Positions 30,881 through 43,567 are shown, counted from the first letter of the stretch. The stretch: DNA of 64,000 nt from an uncultured cyanobacterium (GCA_963749915.1 CAVVOP010000005.1:384001-448000), one strand, 5' to 3'. Notes: generated from the sequence alone by a model not told the origin. Translations and numbers: made by a program.

Positions 30881-32194
30881 CTAAACTTTTGCATAAATTC
30901 GGCGCAGGAAAGACATATCCAAATTACCGAAATTGGCACTAAAAGCTACATTGACCTTTTCTAAACTTCTGACTAACCATGCGGCACCATCTTTAGTGAA
31001 AGATTCATAGTGATTGAACAGGATCGAAAATCTTTTTTCTAAATAGGGTTTTACCTTACTACAAACTAACACTAATTTTAACAACACTCCAATGGTTTTA
31101 GTTGTGCCCATATTACTAATCATATCCATAAAGACTAAATGGCTAGGATTTTGAGGACTATCTACAATTAAATAATTAAATAATTGACTGTAGGTACGCA
31201 TTTTCAAAAACTCATCGGCAGGACTATGGTCATATTTGTGATACATTTGTTGCAAGTTACTATATAACCTTTTATTAAAGCTATGTTTACCGTATTTGCC
31301 TTCGATGGATTGCACTACATATTCATATAAATCATCTTTGAAGAGTTTATAGTTGCGCACATCGCTGGTATGGATTAAAAAACTACGGGATAAATCTTGA
31401 TAAGAATGACCATTTTCTACTGCACCAACATAGTGTCTCAAACTTTTTCCCAAATCTCGATCGCTTAATAGAGTGGGATTGGCGACAGGTTGAATAATAC
31501 GACCCCCATTTAATTCTGCCATTTTTTGTTGTCCCGTCTGTGCTATCCTAATTTGATAAGTAACAAATTTAGATAATTTAGATTCAAACTGCTTTTCTCG
31601 TTCTGTTTTGACTTTATAGACGGTTTGTTGTTGCTCTGTACTACTACCAGCTCCTAAAAGGCAGTAATCATAAAGATAAGGGTACCGAGTTATTAAATTA
31701 CCGACAACTTCCTCTTTTCGGCTAGAACCATTTTTTCCGTCTTGACTTTGATTGAGAATAGTTGCTAAACGTCTTAGTTGTCTGAAATAATCGGTTTCCA
31801 AAAATTCTTTGACTAATTGATTCATCCGGCCACCATAGGATTTTCCGTAATTTCTAGCCACTCTGGGGGGAAGTAAATCAAATAACTCCACCAACTTCAC
31901 CACGTAACCCTGAGTTTTTGGGTTTATCTGCCATCGGTTAATCAGAATGTGACAACAACGGTTTAAAATCGGGGGAAACGTTGCTGAAGCCTGTTTGTTA
32001 CCGATGATTTTCGCTAATATTTCTAATACTTTGGAATTATCATAGTTTTTACCCTGAATAAATAAATACCGAAACCTATTTAATACTTGCGTTGGTGACT
32101 GGGTTTTGACACATTCTAGCAAGTGATCATAAACACACTGTTCATAGACAGTCATTTCATGGTTATGATGTTCCAATAGAGGGCTGATATTCAC
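30881..32194 (-). CDS. Conserved cyanobacterial hypothetical protein
   Basis: 437-aa ORF with normal codon use; LNRCCHILINRW, RYPYLY, LEKRFSILFNHYE motifs. Confidence 0.75.
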   Translation of the reverse strand: MNISPLLEHHNHEMTVYEQCVYDHLLECVKTQSPTQVLNRFRYLFIQGKNYDNSKVLEILAKIIGNKQASATFPPILNRCCHILINRWQINPKTQGYVVKLVELFDLLPPRVARNYGKSYGGRMNQLVKEFLETDYFRQLRRLATILNQSQDGKNGSSRKEEVVGNLITRYPYLYDYCLLGAGSSTEQQQTVYKVKTEREKQFESKLSKFVTYQIRIAQTGQQKMAELNGGRIIQPVANPTLLSDRDLGKSLRHYVGAVENGHSYQDLSRSFLIHTSDVRNYKLFKDDLYEYVVQSIEGKYGKHSFNKRLYSNLQQMYHKYDHSPADEFLKMRTYSQLFNYLIVDSPQNPSHLVFMDMISNMGTTKTIGVLLKLVLVCSKVKPYLEKRFSILFNHYESFTKDGAAWLVRSLEKVNVAFSANFGNLDMSFLRRIYAKV

Positions 32195-32350
32195 GGCTTT
32201 TCATGATATGGTATATTTTGGTTTACAGTTTCCTTATCTTCTATTTTAAAGCAATTGTAAAGAGTTGCTATCTGTTTAATCACCTAAATTTCAACATCAA
32301 TTGTTTTGTTTTTTCTAAGCTAAATTACTGAATCTTTATTGTTATTTTGT

Positions 32351-33736
32351 ATGAAAGTTTTTGCTAATCTTCAATCTATCCGTGAAATTACTGATGCTAA
32401 TGGGGTCAATCTTCCTAGGGATATTCTTGATCAAGAATATAGTGGTATAAATACGGATACTCGCACCCTCCAATCAGGGGAGATTTTTTTGGCTTTAGAT
32501 GGAGAGAATTTTAATGGTCATAACTTTCTTAATCAGGCAATAGATGCCGGGGCGATCGCTTTAATAACTCAAGAAAATTATCCTCCCTTAGAGTCAGCAA
32601 AAATACCGGAGTTTAAAGTAAAAAATACCCTTCAAGCCTATCAAAATATAGCTCATTGGTGGCGACAAAAGTTAAATATCCCAATCATTGGGGTTACGGG
32701 TTCGGTGGGTAAAACTACTACGAAAGAATTAATTACCGCGGTGTTAAATACTCAGGGAAAAGTCTTAAAAACTGAGGCTAATTATAATAATGAAATTGGT
32801 GTTCCTAAGACTCTTTTGCAAATAGATGAAACTCACCAATATGCTGTAATTGAAATGGCGATGAGGGCAGAAGGAGAAATTGCTTTATTAACGGAAATTG
32901 TTAACCCCAATATCGGAGTAATTACGAATGTGGGAACGGCACATATTGGCCGATTAGGGTCACGGGAAGCTATCGCAAAAGCAAAATGTGAGTTATTAGC
33001 AAAAATGAATAATTCTGGGGTAGCAATTCTGAACGGTGACAATGATTTATTAATAAAAACTGCTTCTGATATTTGGCATGGTGAAACTATTTCCTATGGC
33101 TTAAAATCAGGCAATTTACGGGGGGAATTGGTGGATTCTCAGACTCTCAAAGTTGATCATAAATTATATCCTTTACCTTTACCCGGTGAACATAATGCAC
33201 TTAATTATTTGGGAGCTATCGCTACTGCTAAAGTATTAGATATAGACTTAGCTATTTTAGAGCAAGGCATCGAGGTTATCTTGCCAAAAGGAAGGGCGAA
33301 ACGTCATCAATTAGTCAATGATATAGAGATATTGGACGAAACCTATAATGCCGGTCTAGAGTCTATGATTGCGGCGTTACACCTATTAAAACAAACAGGG
33401 GGTAAACGTCAAATAGCAGTTTTAGGCACTATGAAGGAATTAGGAGAATATGCCTCTCAACTTCATCGACAGGTAGGGGAAAAGGTAAAGGCTTTAAATC
33501 TTGATATGTTGTTAATTTTAGCCGATGAAGAGGTTACAAAGGCGATGGCGGAGGGTACTGCCGGTATCCCTACAGAAATTTACACCTCTCATCAAGATTT
33601 ATTACAGCGTTTACAAGAAATAGTCACTAATGGGGATCGGATCTTATTTAAGGCTTCTAATTCAGTGGGTTTAAGTAAAGTTGTCGATCAATTTATCATT
33701 TTCGAGGAAAACAGATTCTTAGTTACTATGTACTAA
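32351..33736 (+). CDS. murF: UDP-N-acetylmuramoyl-tripeptide--D-alanyl-D-alanine ligase
   Basis: TDTR, GVTGSVGKTTTKE, NNEIGVP, DETYNA, LG.MKELG, KAS. Confidence 0.95.
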   Translation: MKVFANLQSIREITDANGVNLPRDILDQEYSGINTDTRTLQSGEIFLALDGENFNGHNFLNQAIDAGAIALITQENYPPLESAKIPEFKVKNTLQAYQNIAHWWRQKLNIPIIGVTGSVGKTTTKELITAVLNTQGKVLKTEANYNNEIGVPKTLLQIDETHQYAVIEMAMRAEGEIALLTEIVNPNIGVITNVGTAHIGRLGSREAIAKAKCELLAKMNNSGVAILNGDNDLLIKTASDIWHGETISYGLKSGNLRGELVDSQTLKVDHKLYPLPLPGEHNALNYLGAIATAKVLDIDLAILEQGIEVILPKGRAKRHQLVNDIEILDETYNAGLESMIAALHLLKQTGGKRQIAVLGTMKELGEYASQLHRQVGEKVKALNLDMLLILADEEVTKAMAEGTAGIPTEIYTSHQDLLQRLQEIVTNGDRILFKASNSVGLSKVVDQFIIFEENRFLVTMY

Positions 33737-33785
33737 AAAAAATCTTGATCCTGGAGAGGCGATCCCTCGGGGTGAAATTTTGGGG

Positions 33786-35222
33786 TTATTGTTCAATTGC
33801 TATATTACCCAAAGGTAAAAATATAGTCAGAATTTCTCCTTTATGAGGTTTTTGTTTAATAGTTAATTTCCCTCCTAAAGCATGAAAAATATTTTTAGTT
33901 ACATCATGACTCAAGGATAAACTACCGGTATCTGGTTGAAACAATAATAATTTACCCAAACATTTAACATGGTCATTGTTAAAATTAGACTCAGATAGAA
34001 ATTGTAATTTTAATTGATTTCCAGCAGGTAAAATTAGAACTTCAAAATTGCCGCCACTGGGTAAATTACGGGTAAATTTTTCCATTAACCCACTTAAAAT
34101 TTGAGTCAAAATTGCTGGATCACTAACAATTTGCGGTAACTTTTGTGGCGTGATAATATCAAGGATAATGTTGCGTCTTTGGGCCTGTTTTTTCCAACAA
34201 GGAATAGTTCTATTTAAAATTTCTTCTAAGGAAGTAGGTACTAACCTAACTTGTTCTTGTTTTCTTGGTTTTGACTCTAATTCTGCCGCCTTGAAAATTA
34301 ATTCCATGCGGTTAATTTGTTCTGTACATTCTTGCTCAATAATTTCTAAATGTTTAACCAAATCTGTAGTTAATTTTGCCCTTTTTATTAGTAATTTAGT
34401 AATAGTTTTGATCGTGGTTAAAGGAGTTCTAACTTCGTGAGTTAACGCTTGTAATAACTCTAATTCAGGATAAGGGGGTAAAGGAGTTTTTTTCAAGGAA
34501 ATACTTTGACTTTGACGATGAATATTATTGACTTTTTCTTCAATCTCTGGTAGAGAAAAATGTTCTAACTCTCTGAGTAAGTAACGAGTAAATTGACTAA
34601 CAATTTTATAATCAGGAATAATTGGAGTAAATTTTGTTACCAACTTGTCTAAATATTCAGCGTGATAATTATGACTAACGATTAGTCTTGTTTTTAATGA
34701 CAACCATGCCTTATTAATAATTTTTGGTGCAAAGGAAAATTGAAATTTTGGTTTATGATGTTTGTCCATTCCCCTAACAATTAAACAAGCAAACAACTCC
34801 GTCAAAACCAAACAAAATTGCTCATTAATTAGACTATCTTTGATACTTAAAGAAACATCAATAAAAGACAACCGAGAAATTGACTTTAATTTATCATTAA
34901 AATCACAAGGCATTAACGCTGTTTTATCAGAATTCGGCAGAGAAAAAACCACCGTTTCTAACTGAGAAACTAATTTTATATCACGAATGATGGGGGTAGG
35001 AGAAGAAATAATGACTCCTCGGATTGATTCATGACTATTTTCATTGGCCCCCATAGTTAAATTTAACAACTTTTCTAAAGAGGCGATCGCTGCATTCCAT
35101 TCCCGTTGCGTTTTAATGGCAATATTGGGAGTATCATGGCTAAAATCTTCTGATTCGTTACCCCAATCATCTTCCATCAAAATCTCGCTTAAATTAATTC
35201 CTAAACAATCAGACAAAGTCAT
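33786..35222 (-). CDS. Sensor histidine kinase, Hik2/CSK-like
   Basis: REW.AAI N-terminus, GAF-like region, ELLQALTHEVRTPLTTI H-box, FQPDTGSLSL degenerate ATP lid. Confidence 0.8.
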   Translation of the reverse strand: MTLSDCLGINLSEILMEDDWGNESEDFSHDTPNIAIKTQREWNAAIASLEKLLNLTMGANENSHESIRGVIISSPTPIIRDIKLVSQLETVVFSLPNSDKTALMPCDFNDKLKSISRLSFIDVSLSIKDSLINEQFCLVLTELFACLIVRGMDKHHKPKFQFSFAPKIINKAWLSLKTRLIVSHNYHAEYLDKLVTKFTPIIPDYKIVSQFTRYLLRELEHFSLPEIEEKVNNIHRQSQSISLKKTPLPPYPELELLQALTHEVRTPLTTIKTITKLLIKRAKLTTDLVKHLEIIEQECTEQINRMELIFKAAELESKPRKQEQVRLVPTSLEEILNRTIPCWKKQAQRRNIILDIITPQKLPQIVSDPAILTQILSGLMEKFTRNLPSGGNFEVLILPAGNQLKLQFLSESNFNNDHVKCLGKLLLFQPDTGSLSLSHDVTKNIFHALGGKLTIKQKPHKGEILTIFLPLGNIAIEQ

Positions 35223-35415
35223 GATTTAACCATTAAAAAATACCTCTAACAATAATTGATGATATCCTGTTTCATAATTTTATTAAAGTGTTATAACCGA
35301 ACCATTAAGATACTGATTTCCGTTAAAATTTGACAATATCAGGACTTACGTATTTAAACAAGATTTTGGTTTTTTAAGGGATCACTTTTTAATCAGAAAT
35401 TAAGGATTTTAGACC

Positions 35416-36270
35416 TTAGTCATGAAATAAGCTTTGGCGCATAATCTCAACGGGTGCGGTTTTTCCTGTCCAAATTTCAAAGGCGATGGCACCTTGTTGC
35501 ACTAACATCTCACTACCATCAATAATAATTGCACCTTGTTTTTGAGCTTGTTGTAAAAATAAAGTAGGACGAGGAGTGTAAATTAAATCGTAGGCGATCG
35601 CTTTTTCTTTGAATAGCTTATTTTGTTCTACTGTTAAGGGGGAATTGTCAATATTCGGATACATTCCGACGGGGGTAGTATTAACAATTAACTCAGTATC
35701 GACAATCAAATCCGTGAGATTCTTGCAACCATAAACGGAAATTTGACAGTTAAGATTACTATTTGCCCAACTATCCTTAAATACTTCTAATTTCTCAGTA
35801 TTTCTTCCTATAACTTTTATTTGCGAGCATCCTAACTGCTCACATCCCACAATTACCGCCCGACTTGCACCCCCAGCGCCTAGAACTACAGGAATAATTT
35901 TTGTCCAATCTCGGTGTAACTCTTTTAAAGGGGCAATAAAACCATCAATATCCGTATTTGTGCCATACCAACCCTCATCCGTCAACCATACCGTATTCAC
36001 TGCACCAATTTTCTTGGCTGTATCAGTGACTTTTGTCAAGAGAGGGATCACATTTTCTTTATGGGGAATAGTCACATTAAAACCCCTTAATTTTATGGCT
36101 CGAAAACCGTTAAAAACTTTTTCTAAATCTTCTTTTTTCACCTCAAAGGGGATATAGACATAATCCAAATTTAACGCCTCGATCGCCGCATTTTGCATCA
36201 CTGGTGACTTTGAATGCTCGATCGGGTCACCAATAATACCTAATAATTTTGTTGTACCTTTTATGTGCAT
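35416..36270 (-). CDS. aroE: Shikimate dehydrogenase
   Basis: HSKSP.MQN, NVTIPHK, GAVNT, NTD, GAGGA, NTTPVGM, YDLIY.P. Confidence 0.95.
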   Translation of the reverse strand: MHIKGTTKLLGIIGDPIEHSKSPVMQNAAIEALNLDYVYIPFEVKKEDLEKVFNGFRAIKLRGFNVTIPHKENVIPLLTKVTDTAKKIGAVNTVWLTDEGWYGTNTDIDGFIAPLKELHRDWTKIIPVVLGAGGASRAVIVGCEQLGCSQIKVIGRNTEKLEVFKDSWANSNLNCQISVYGCKNLTDLIVDTELIVNTTPVGMYPNIDNSPLTVEQNKLFKEKAIAYDLIYTPRPTLFLQQAQKQGAIIIDGSEMLVQQGAIAFEIWTGKTAPVEIMRQSLFHD

Positions 36271-36371
36271 ACTTGAAAAAAATAAAAGAATTAGCCATTG
36301 ACAATAATTTATGAAAATTATATTTGATACTTAATACTTAAAAAGTCGCAAAACTTTAGATAGTCGAGATA

Positions 36372-37145
36372 TTATACAATCATAAACTTAGCAGATTCTT
36401 TTAAAAAAATACTATTATAATCTTCTATTCTATCAAACTCAAATTTCCAAATTGAATAAATATTTTCTGATTTAGAAAAGAATAAAGTGACTACTTTTTT
36501 ATTTGTATGGGATTGCCATTGTCTAAAAGGGAAATAAAGTTGTCTGATAATAACATTATCTGTTTTTATATTTTTCCCTTCAATTAAAACGACTTGCTTT
36601 TCTCCCTCATATCCAGCATCTACTTCCGTTTGTACACTTTCAATTATTAATTTGTTATTATTAACCATTATATCGAATTTAGGTGTATATTTTCTTCCTC
36701 TAATTGTTAAGACTAAGCTATCATCTTTCATAAAATTACGAATTAAACTAGAGGCATAAGCATAATCTAAATGTTGCATTTCAGAATCACCAATAAGAGA
36801 AGTATCTAATTTAAAATTAAGATTAGATTTATATTTAATTACTTGTTGTTTAATCTCAGGAATATCAATATATCCTTCTCCTCTTAAAATAGCATATTTT
36901 CCATTTTTAACAGGTAATAAAAATAGCCCTAATTCTTTGAAAATTTCTGGACGACTTTCCCTTGTATCTTGCTTACAAATTATACGAACTTCTTTTTCTC
37001 CTGTTTTGTCAAAATGTTTAGTAACTGACTTGATATTTTGAGCATTAATAAAATATGGAAAAGTAAAATCATGATGGTAAATATCATATTTATCAAAAAT
37101 AGCTTTCCATGCTTTACTAATTGCAGTAATTTCTTGTTTATTCAC
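36372..37145 (-). CDS. Putative PD-(D/E)XK type II restriction endonuclease
   Basis: QTEVDAGYEG..VVLIEGK catalytic-like motif, IRQLYFP; directly downstream of a DNA methylase; very AT-rich. Confidence 0.6.
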   Translation of the reverse strand: MNKQEITAISKAWKAIFDKYDIYHHDFTFPYFINAQNIKSVTKHFDKTGEKEVRIICKQDTRESRPEIFKELGLFLLPVKNGKYAILRGEGYIDIPEIKQQVIKYKSNLNFKLDTSLIGDSEMQHLDYAYASSLIRNFMKDDSLVLTIRGRKYTPKFDIMVNNNKLIIESVQTEVDAGYEGEKQVVLIEGKNIKTDNVIIRQLYFPFRQWQSHTNKKVVTLFFSKSENIYSIWKFEFDRIEDYNSIFLKESAKFMIV

Positions 37146-37190
37146 GTTCTTACAAGTTATTATTTATATTCTAAAATTATCAATATTTAG

Positions 37191-38129
37191 TTAAAAATTA
37201 GTAATTAATAACTCAAAAATTTCCCCTCTCTTATTTCCTTTTGAATTTATATTTCTTCTAGCTTTAACTCTCTTTATTTTATAATCTTCATAAAGTTCAT
37301 CAAAAAAATTATTACTAATATCATGATTTTTTACATCAGAGTTACTAAGAATAAAATAATGACCTTGTTTATTTATTTTGTCACAGAATTTTTTTAATCT
37401 TATTTGATCTTTGTCATCAAAGTTTCCTTCTGAATATGAAGTAAAAGAAGATGTCGAATTAATAGGTTTATAAGGTGGATCTAAATAAAAGATAGTTGGG
37501 GATATTGTATATTTGAGTGTTTCTTCAAAATCACCTTGTAAAATTTTGACTTTTTGTAGATAATGATTAACAGATATTAAATTATCCTTATCACAAATAT
37601 TGGGTTTTTTATACTTTCCAAAAGGAACATTAAATTTACCTTTTTTATTTACTCGATATAATCCGTTAAAACAAGTTTTATTCAAAAATAGTAGCAAGGC
37701 TGTTTTTGTTAAATTTGAATAATTGATAGAGTTAAAAATGTCTCTTTTAGTTAAATAAAAATTTTGTTTTTCTTCAAAAGTATTAAAAGTATAATAATTA
37801 GTTTCAATATTTAGCAGTAAATCAATGAGTTCTAAATGTTCTATTTTTATATCTTTATAAGCATCAACTAAATTTTGATTTATATCATTGATGATTATAT
37901 TATTTATTGTCTGAAACTTACTTAAAATATGAAACAAAATTGCACCACCACCGACAAATGGTTCAATATAGGTTAAATTATTTTTTTCTTTTTCTTTGTC
38001 TAAAATAGAATAAATCAATTGATCAATTTCACTAATTAATTGAGTTTTCCCACCCACCCATTTTAAAAAAGGTTTCGGATTTTCTAACCAAATAACACTA
38101 GCTGATGACATAACTTGGTAAAATATCAA
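37191..38129 (-). CDS. Dam/DpnM-family (alpha class) DNA adenine methyltransferase
   Basis: FLKWVGGK, EPFVGGGA (motif I), FNGLYRVN..G.FNVPFG, DPPY (motif IV), SNS. Confidence 0.92.
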   Translation of the reverse strand: MIFYQVMSSASVIWLENPKPFLKWVGGKTQLISEIDQLIYSILDKEKEKNNLTYIEPFVGGGAILFHILSKFQTINNIIINDINQNLVDAYKDIKIEHLELIDLLLNIETNYYTFNTFEEKQNFYLTKRDIFNSINYSNLTKTALLLFLNKTCFNGLYRVNKKGKFNVPFGKYKKPNICDKDNLISVNHYLQKVKILQGDFEETLKYTISPTIFYLDPPYKPINSTSSFTSYSEGNFDDKDQIRLKKFCDKINKQGHYFILSNSDVKNHDISNNFFDELYEDYKIKRVKARRNINSKGNKRGEIFELLITNF

Positions 38130-38466
38130 AGATAAAGATTTATGCTTTTATCATATCGGAAAATCGATTTACATTATCTAAAAGAGAAATTAGTTATCAA
38201 AAATGGATTAGAGAAACTGATAGCTTTATTTTTGTGAGGTTAATAGGTTTGATCTAGTATAATAATTTTTAGTTAAAACTATTTAATAAATACGTTATAA
38301 AATATCCAATTAAACTGTTTTAAATCACTTTCGGAAAAATTGAGGATTGCATTTTCAATTTCTTTAACTTTTGTAACATCAAAATCTTATTTAGAGGTAT
38401 CCTCATTGAATTTTCGCATTGAAGGCAAAAAAATATAAGATGGGCAATGCCCACCCTACAAAGTAA

Positions 38467-39948
<1,482 letters not shown>

Positions 39949-40033
39949 AAGTAAATTGTATCATTTATTGAGCAGTATCAATTAATTACTAGTTGTTATA
40001 GATAAAACTTCTTGTATATTTAAATGTAAAGTA

Positions 40034-41272
40034 ATGTCAAATTATTATTTAGGATTAGATTTCGGCACGTCGGGTGCAAGGGGAGTTATCATTGATGAAC
40101 AAAAGCAAATTATCCTTAGCCTCAAGGCTTGTGAAGGTAATTATGATCAACCGCAACATTGGCAAAAGGCTTTACACTATTTATTAACTCAAATTCCTGT
40201 CACCATCACTAAACATTTACAAGGGATCGCCATTGATGGAACATCTGGTACGGTGGTCTTATGTGATAGCATCGGTAATCCACTTGATGATCCCCTATGG
40301 TATAACGATAATCGAGGACAAAAATATTTAACGGACATTGCCAAATTCGCCCCAGAAAATCACCCTGTAATTAGTGCAACCTCTAGTTTAGCGAAACTTT
40401 GTTGGTGGTATCAGCAATCCATTTTCACCAAAGCCCATTATTTTCTCCATCAAGCCGACTGGTTAGCTTTTCTGTTACACGGAAAATTAGGTATTAGTGA
40501 CCATCACAACGCCCTCAAATTAGGCTATGACTTAATTAGTTTAGATTATCCTCAATGGTTAAAAAATCAATCTTATTCCTCGATCCTGCCGCAAATAAAG
40601 GCCCCGGGAGAGAATATAGCCAGTATAACCCCAGAAATTAGCAAATTATATGAAATTAATCCTAATTGCATTGTCAAAGCCGGTACAACTGACAGCATCG
40701 CTGCTTTTTTAGCTAGTGGAGTTACTCAACCAGGAGAGGGGGTTACTTCTCTCGGTTCAACTTTAGTGTTAAAACTATTAAGTAAGACGAAAATCGATGA
40801 TAGTCGCTATGGTATCTATAGTCATAAACTCGGCAATTTATGGTTAACAGGCGGTGCTTCCAACACCGGCGGTGCAGTTTTAAAACACTTTTTTACCACG
40901 GAAGAATTAAGTCAATTAAGTTCTCAAATTAACCCTAATTTACCCACTAATTTATCTTATTATCCTCTTTTAAAAAAAGGCGATCGTTTTCCTATTAATA
41001 ATCCCAATTTAGAGCCAAAAATAACTCCACGCCCTGATGATAACGTAATATTTTTACAAGGGTTACTAGAAGGTATTGCCGACATTGAAACAAAAGGCTA
41101 TGAATTATTACAAGAATTAGGGTCAACTCCCCTGACAAAAGTTTATACTGCGGGGGGCGGTGCAAAAAATGAAACTTGGCGTTATTTACGAGAAAAAAGA
41201 TTAAAAGTAGATGTAAGGATCTCACCCCAAACTGAAGCCGCTTACGGAAGTGCCCTGTTGGCAAATTGTTAA
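40034..41272 (+). CDS. FGGY-family carbohydrate kinase
   Basis: GLDFGTSGAR, DGTSGT, GTTDS, SLGSTL, GGASNTGG, AGGGAKN. Confidence 0.9.
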   Translation: MSNYYLGLDFGTSGARGVIIDEQKQIILSLKACEGNYDQPQHWQKALHYLLTQIPVTITKHLQGIAIDGTSGTVVLCDSIGNPLDDPLWYNDNRGQKYLTDIAKFAPENHPVISATSSLAKLCWWYQQSIFTKAHYFLHQADWLAFLLHGKLGISDHHNALKLGYDLISLDYPQWLKNQSYSSILPQIKAPGENIASITPEISKLYEINPNCIVKAGTTDSIAAFLASGVTQPGEGVTSLGSTLVLKLLSKTKIDDSRYGIYSHKLGNLWLTGGASNTGGAVLKHFFTTEELSQLSSQINPNLPTNLSYYPLLKKGDRFPINNPNLEPKITPRPDDNVIFLQGLLEGIADIETKGYELLQELGSTPLTKVYTAGGGAKNETWRYLREKRLKVDVRISPQTEAAYGSALLANC

Positions 41273-41358
41273 TTGTTAATGTCAGTGAGCAATTCCTCCC
41301 TAACCTTAGTGGTCGGTCAAGTTTGAATTGAGGAAAAGTAATAAGCTCCTAAATTAAA

Positions 41359-42462
41359 TTAATCAGGAAGTTGCATTTGTTCAAGATTACGTATTGATAT
41401 TATAAACAAAACACCGCCAATTAAGCTTATAATCAGAGGCACATACCAAACCCCTGCCCAACCCGTACCCCGAACAAAAGCATCGCGAGTAATTAAGATA
41501 TAGTAACGAGCGGGGATAATGTTAGAAATTAGAGATAGGGGAAAAGGGATATTTTCTAGACGATAGATAAAACCAGAGAGTAAAAAAGCAGTTAAAAAAC
41601 CCATGATAGCAGTTCCTTGAACAGCAGCAGTTTGATTGCTGGCACGAGTTCCCACTAACAACCCAAAAGAAACACTAGCAGCTAAAAAAGTTAAAGTTCC
41701 GATAATTAAAGGGGTCGGTTCGACTTGTAAGCGAAGTCCAAATAAAATAATGCTGACACTCATAACTACTAGAGCTTCGCTTAATGCCACTAATAAATAT
41801 GCCAAGCCCTTACCCAATAACCATTCCCTGGCACTGAGATCAGAAGCATATACTTGAATAATTGTACCTTGTTCCTTTTCTCGTACCATGGCGATCGCCG
41901 TTAACATTGAAGGAAAGACCCACAAAATTACTCCATAAATTCCGGGCACAATATATAAAGATTCTTTTCTACCCGGATTAAACCAAAGACGGGTTTTAGT
42001 TGTTACTTTTTGGGTACTTGACTGAAGATTATTCTCCTCTGAAAAGAAGTTAGTCGTAGCCCGAATACTGTTTTGAATCACCCTAGCGTTATTGACATCT
42101 GTTCCATCTACCAATACTTGCACGGCAACAGATTTGTTTGATTTAATCTGACGGGAAAAATCTGGGGGAATCACTACCACTGCTTTAGCCAATCCACGAT
42201 CAATCACTGTTGTCGGAGAAGAAGTTAGTATTGGTGCAGGAATGAATTGATTGGTAGCATACAGTCTTTCTACATAAGTGCGACTGAGAAAGCTATTATC
42301 GAAATCCTGGATGCTTAGAGGAATATTTTTCGTCTCTAAACGGATCGCATAACCGTAGATAAGCAACATTCCTAAAGGCAAAATTAGGGCCAAAGCTACC
42401 GTTAAGCGATCGCGCCTGAATTGATTTAGTTCTTTAAGACATTGAGTTAAAATTCTGTTCAT
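41359..42462 (-). CDS. ABC-2 type permease (YbhR/S-like)
   Basis: KEL.Q..RD, WFNP, REKEQGT, LSGF..L.NIP. Confidence 0.88.
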   Translation of the reverse strand: MNRILTQCLKELNQFRRDRLTVALALILPLGMLLIYGYAIRLETKNIPLSIQDFDNSFLSRTYVERLYATNQFIPAPILTSSPTTVIDRGLAKAVVVIPPDFSRQIKSNKSVAVQVLVDGTDVNNARVIQNSIRATTNFFSEENNLQSSTQKVTTKTRLWFNPGRKESLYIVPGIYGVILWVFPSMLTAIAMVREKEQGTIIQVYASDLSAREWLLGKGLAYLLVALSEALVVMSVSIILFGLRLQVEPTPLIIGTLTFLAASVSFGLLVGTRASNQTAAVQGTAIMGFLTAFLLSGFIYRLENIPFPLSLISNIIPARYYILITRDAFVRGTGWAGVWYVPLIISLIGGVLFIISIRNLEQMQLPD

Positions 42463-42897
42463 GATTTCTAGCGGCGGTATAATAATTGTTAAAAACCTAC
42501 ACCTGTGAGCATAGAAAAAATCAGAATGCTACTTTTCTATCATACTCTCATCCCACAGATTTTTGTTCCACGACCCCCACAGTTATTTGATGCACGACCA
42601 TTCATTCCTACGACTCAAAACTAGCATTAAAACTTAAAGATATGTTAAATTTTATTTAGCAAGTAGTAAATTCACAATGATGGTTGTGGATGTCCTGCAT
42701 TGCTACAACGTCATGATATAATACCATTGACTGACTGTAACCATAAGTCTTCAACAAAACTGAGATTTATAGTTATTAAACGGTAAGACTAACCGTAATA
42801 GCTGAAAAGCAAAAATCTCTTACTAATGGTGAGAGAATGTCTCCAAATATTGATTTTAAAAATCACAGTACATAATAATTCCTGAGTTCACGGCTTA

Positions 42898-43566
42898 ATG
42901 TTTACTAGACAAGTAACTGATTCTCCTGTTTATAAATGGTTCAACGATCGCCTAGAAGTAGACGCGATCTCCGATGATATTAGTAGCAAATATGTTCCTC
43001 CCCACGTCAATATTTTTTATTGCTTAGGCGGAATTACCCTAACTTGCTTCTTGATTCAGTTTGCCACCGGGTTTGCAATGACTTTTTCTTACAAACCCAC
43101 CGTTGCCGAAGCTTTTTCTTCCGTTCAATACATCATGAATGAAGTTAGCTTCGGCTGGTTAATTCGTTCTATCCATCGCTGGTCAGCCAGTATGATGGTC
43201 TTAATGTTAATTCTCCATGTGTTCCGTGTCTATTTAACTGGTGGTTTCAAAAAACCCCGTGAGTTGACTTGGATCGTGGGGGTAACTATGGCAGTAATTA
43301 CCGTTTCCTTCGGTGTAACTGGTTACTCCTTGCCTTGGGATCAAGTAGGTTATTGGGCGGTTAAAATCGTTTCCGGCGTCCCTGCGGCTATTCCCGTAGT
43401 AGGGGATCAAATGGTAGAACTTTTAAGAGGTGGTGCCAGTGTCGGTCAGGCGACCTTAACTCGTTTCTACACCATCCACACCTTTGTTTTACCTTGGTTA
43501 ATGGCAGTATTCATGTTATTACACTTCCTCTTAATCCGTAAACAGGGTATTTCCGGTCCTTTGTAA
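42898..43566 (+). CDS. petB: Cytochrome b6
   Basis: [36 protein letters not shown]. Confidence 0.98.
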   Translation: MFTRQVTDSPVYKWFNDRLEVDAISDDISSKYVPPHVNIFYCLGGITLTCFLIQFATGFAMTFSYKPTVAEAFSSVQYIMNEVSFGWLIRSIHRWSASMMVLMLILHVFRVYLTGGFKKPRELTWIVGVTMAVITVSFGVTGYSLPWDQVGYWAVKIVSGVPAAIPVVGDQMVELLRGGASVGQATLTRFYTIHTFVLPWLMAVFMLLHFLLIRKQGISGPL

Positions 43567-43567
43567 A

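Noticed and set aside
38442..38460. GGGCAATGCCCACCCTACA palindrome after thiC
   Set aside because: Single half-copy of a common cyanobacterial REP-like repeat; nothing else to support a function
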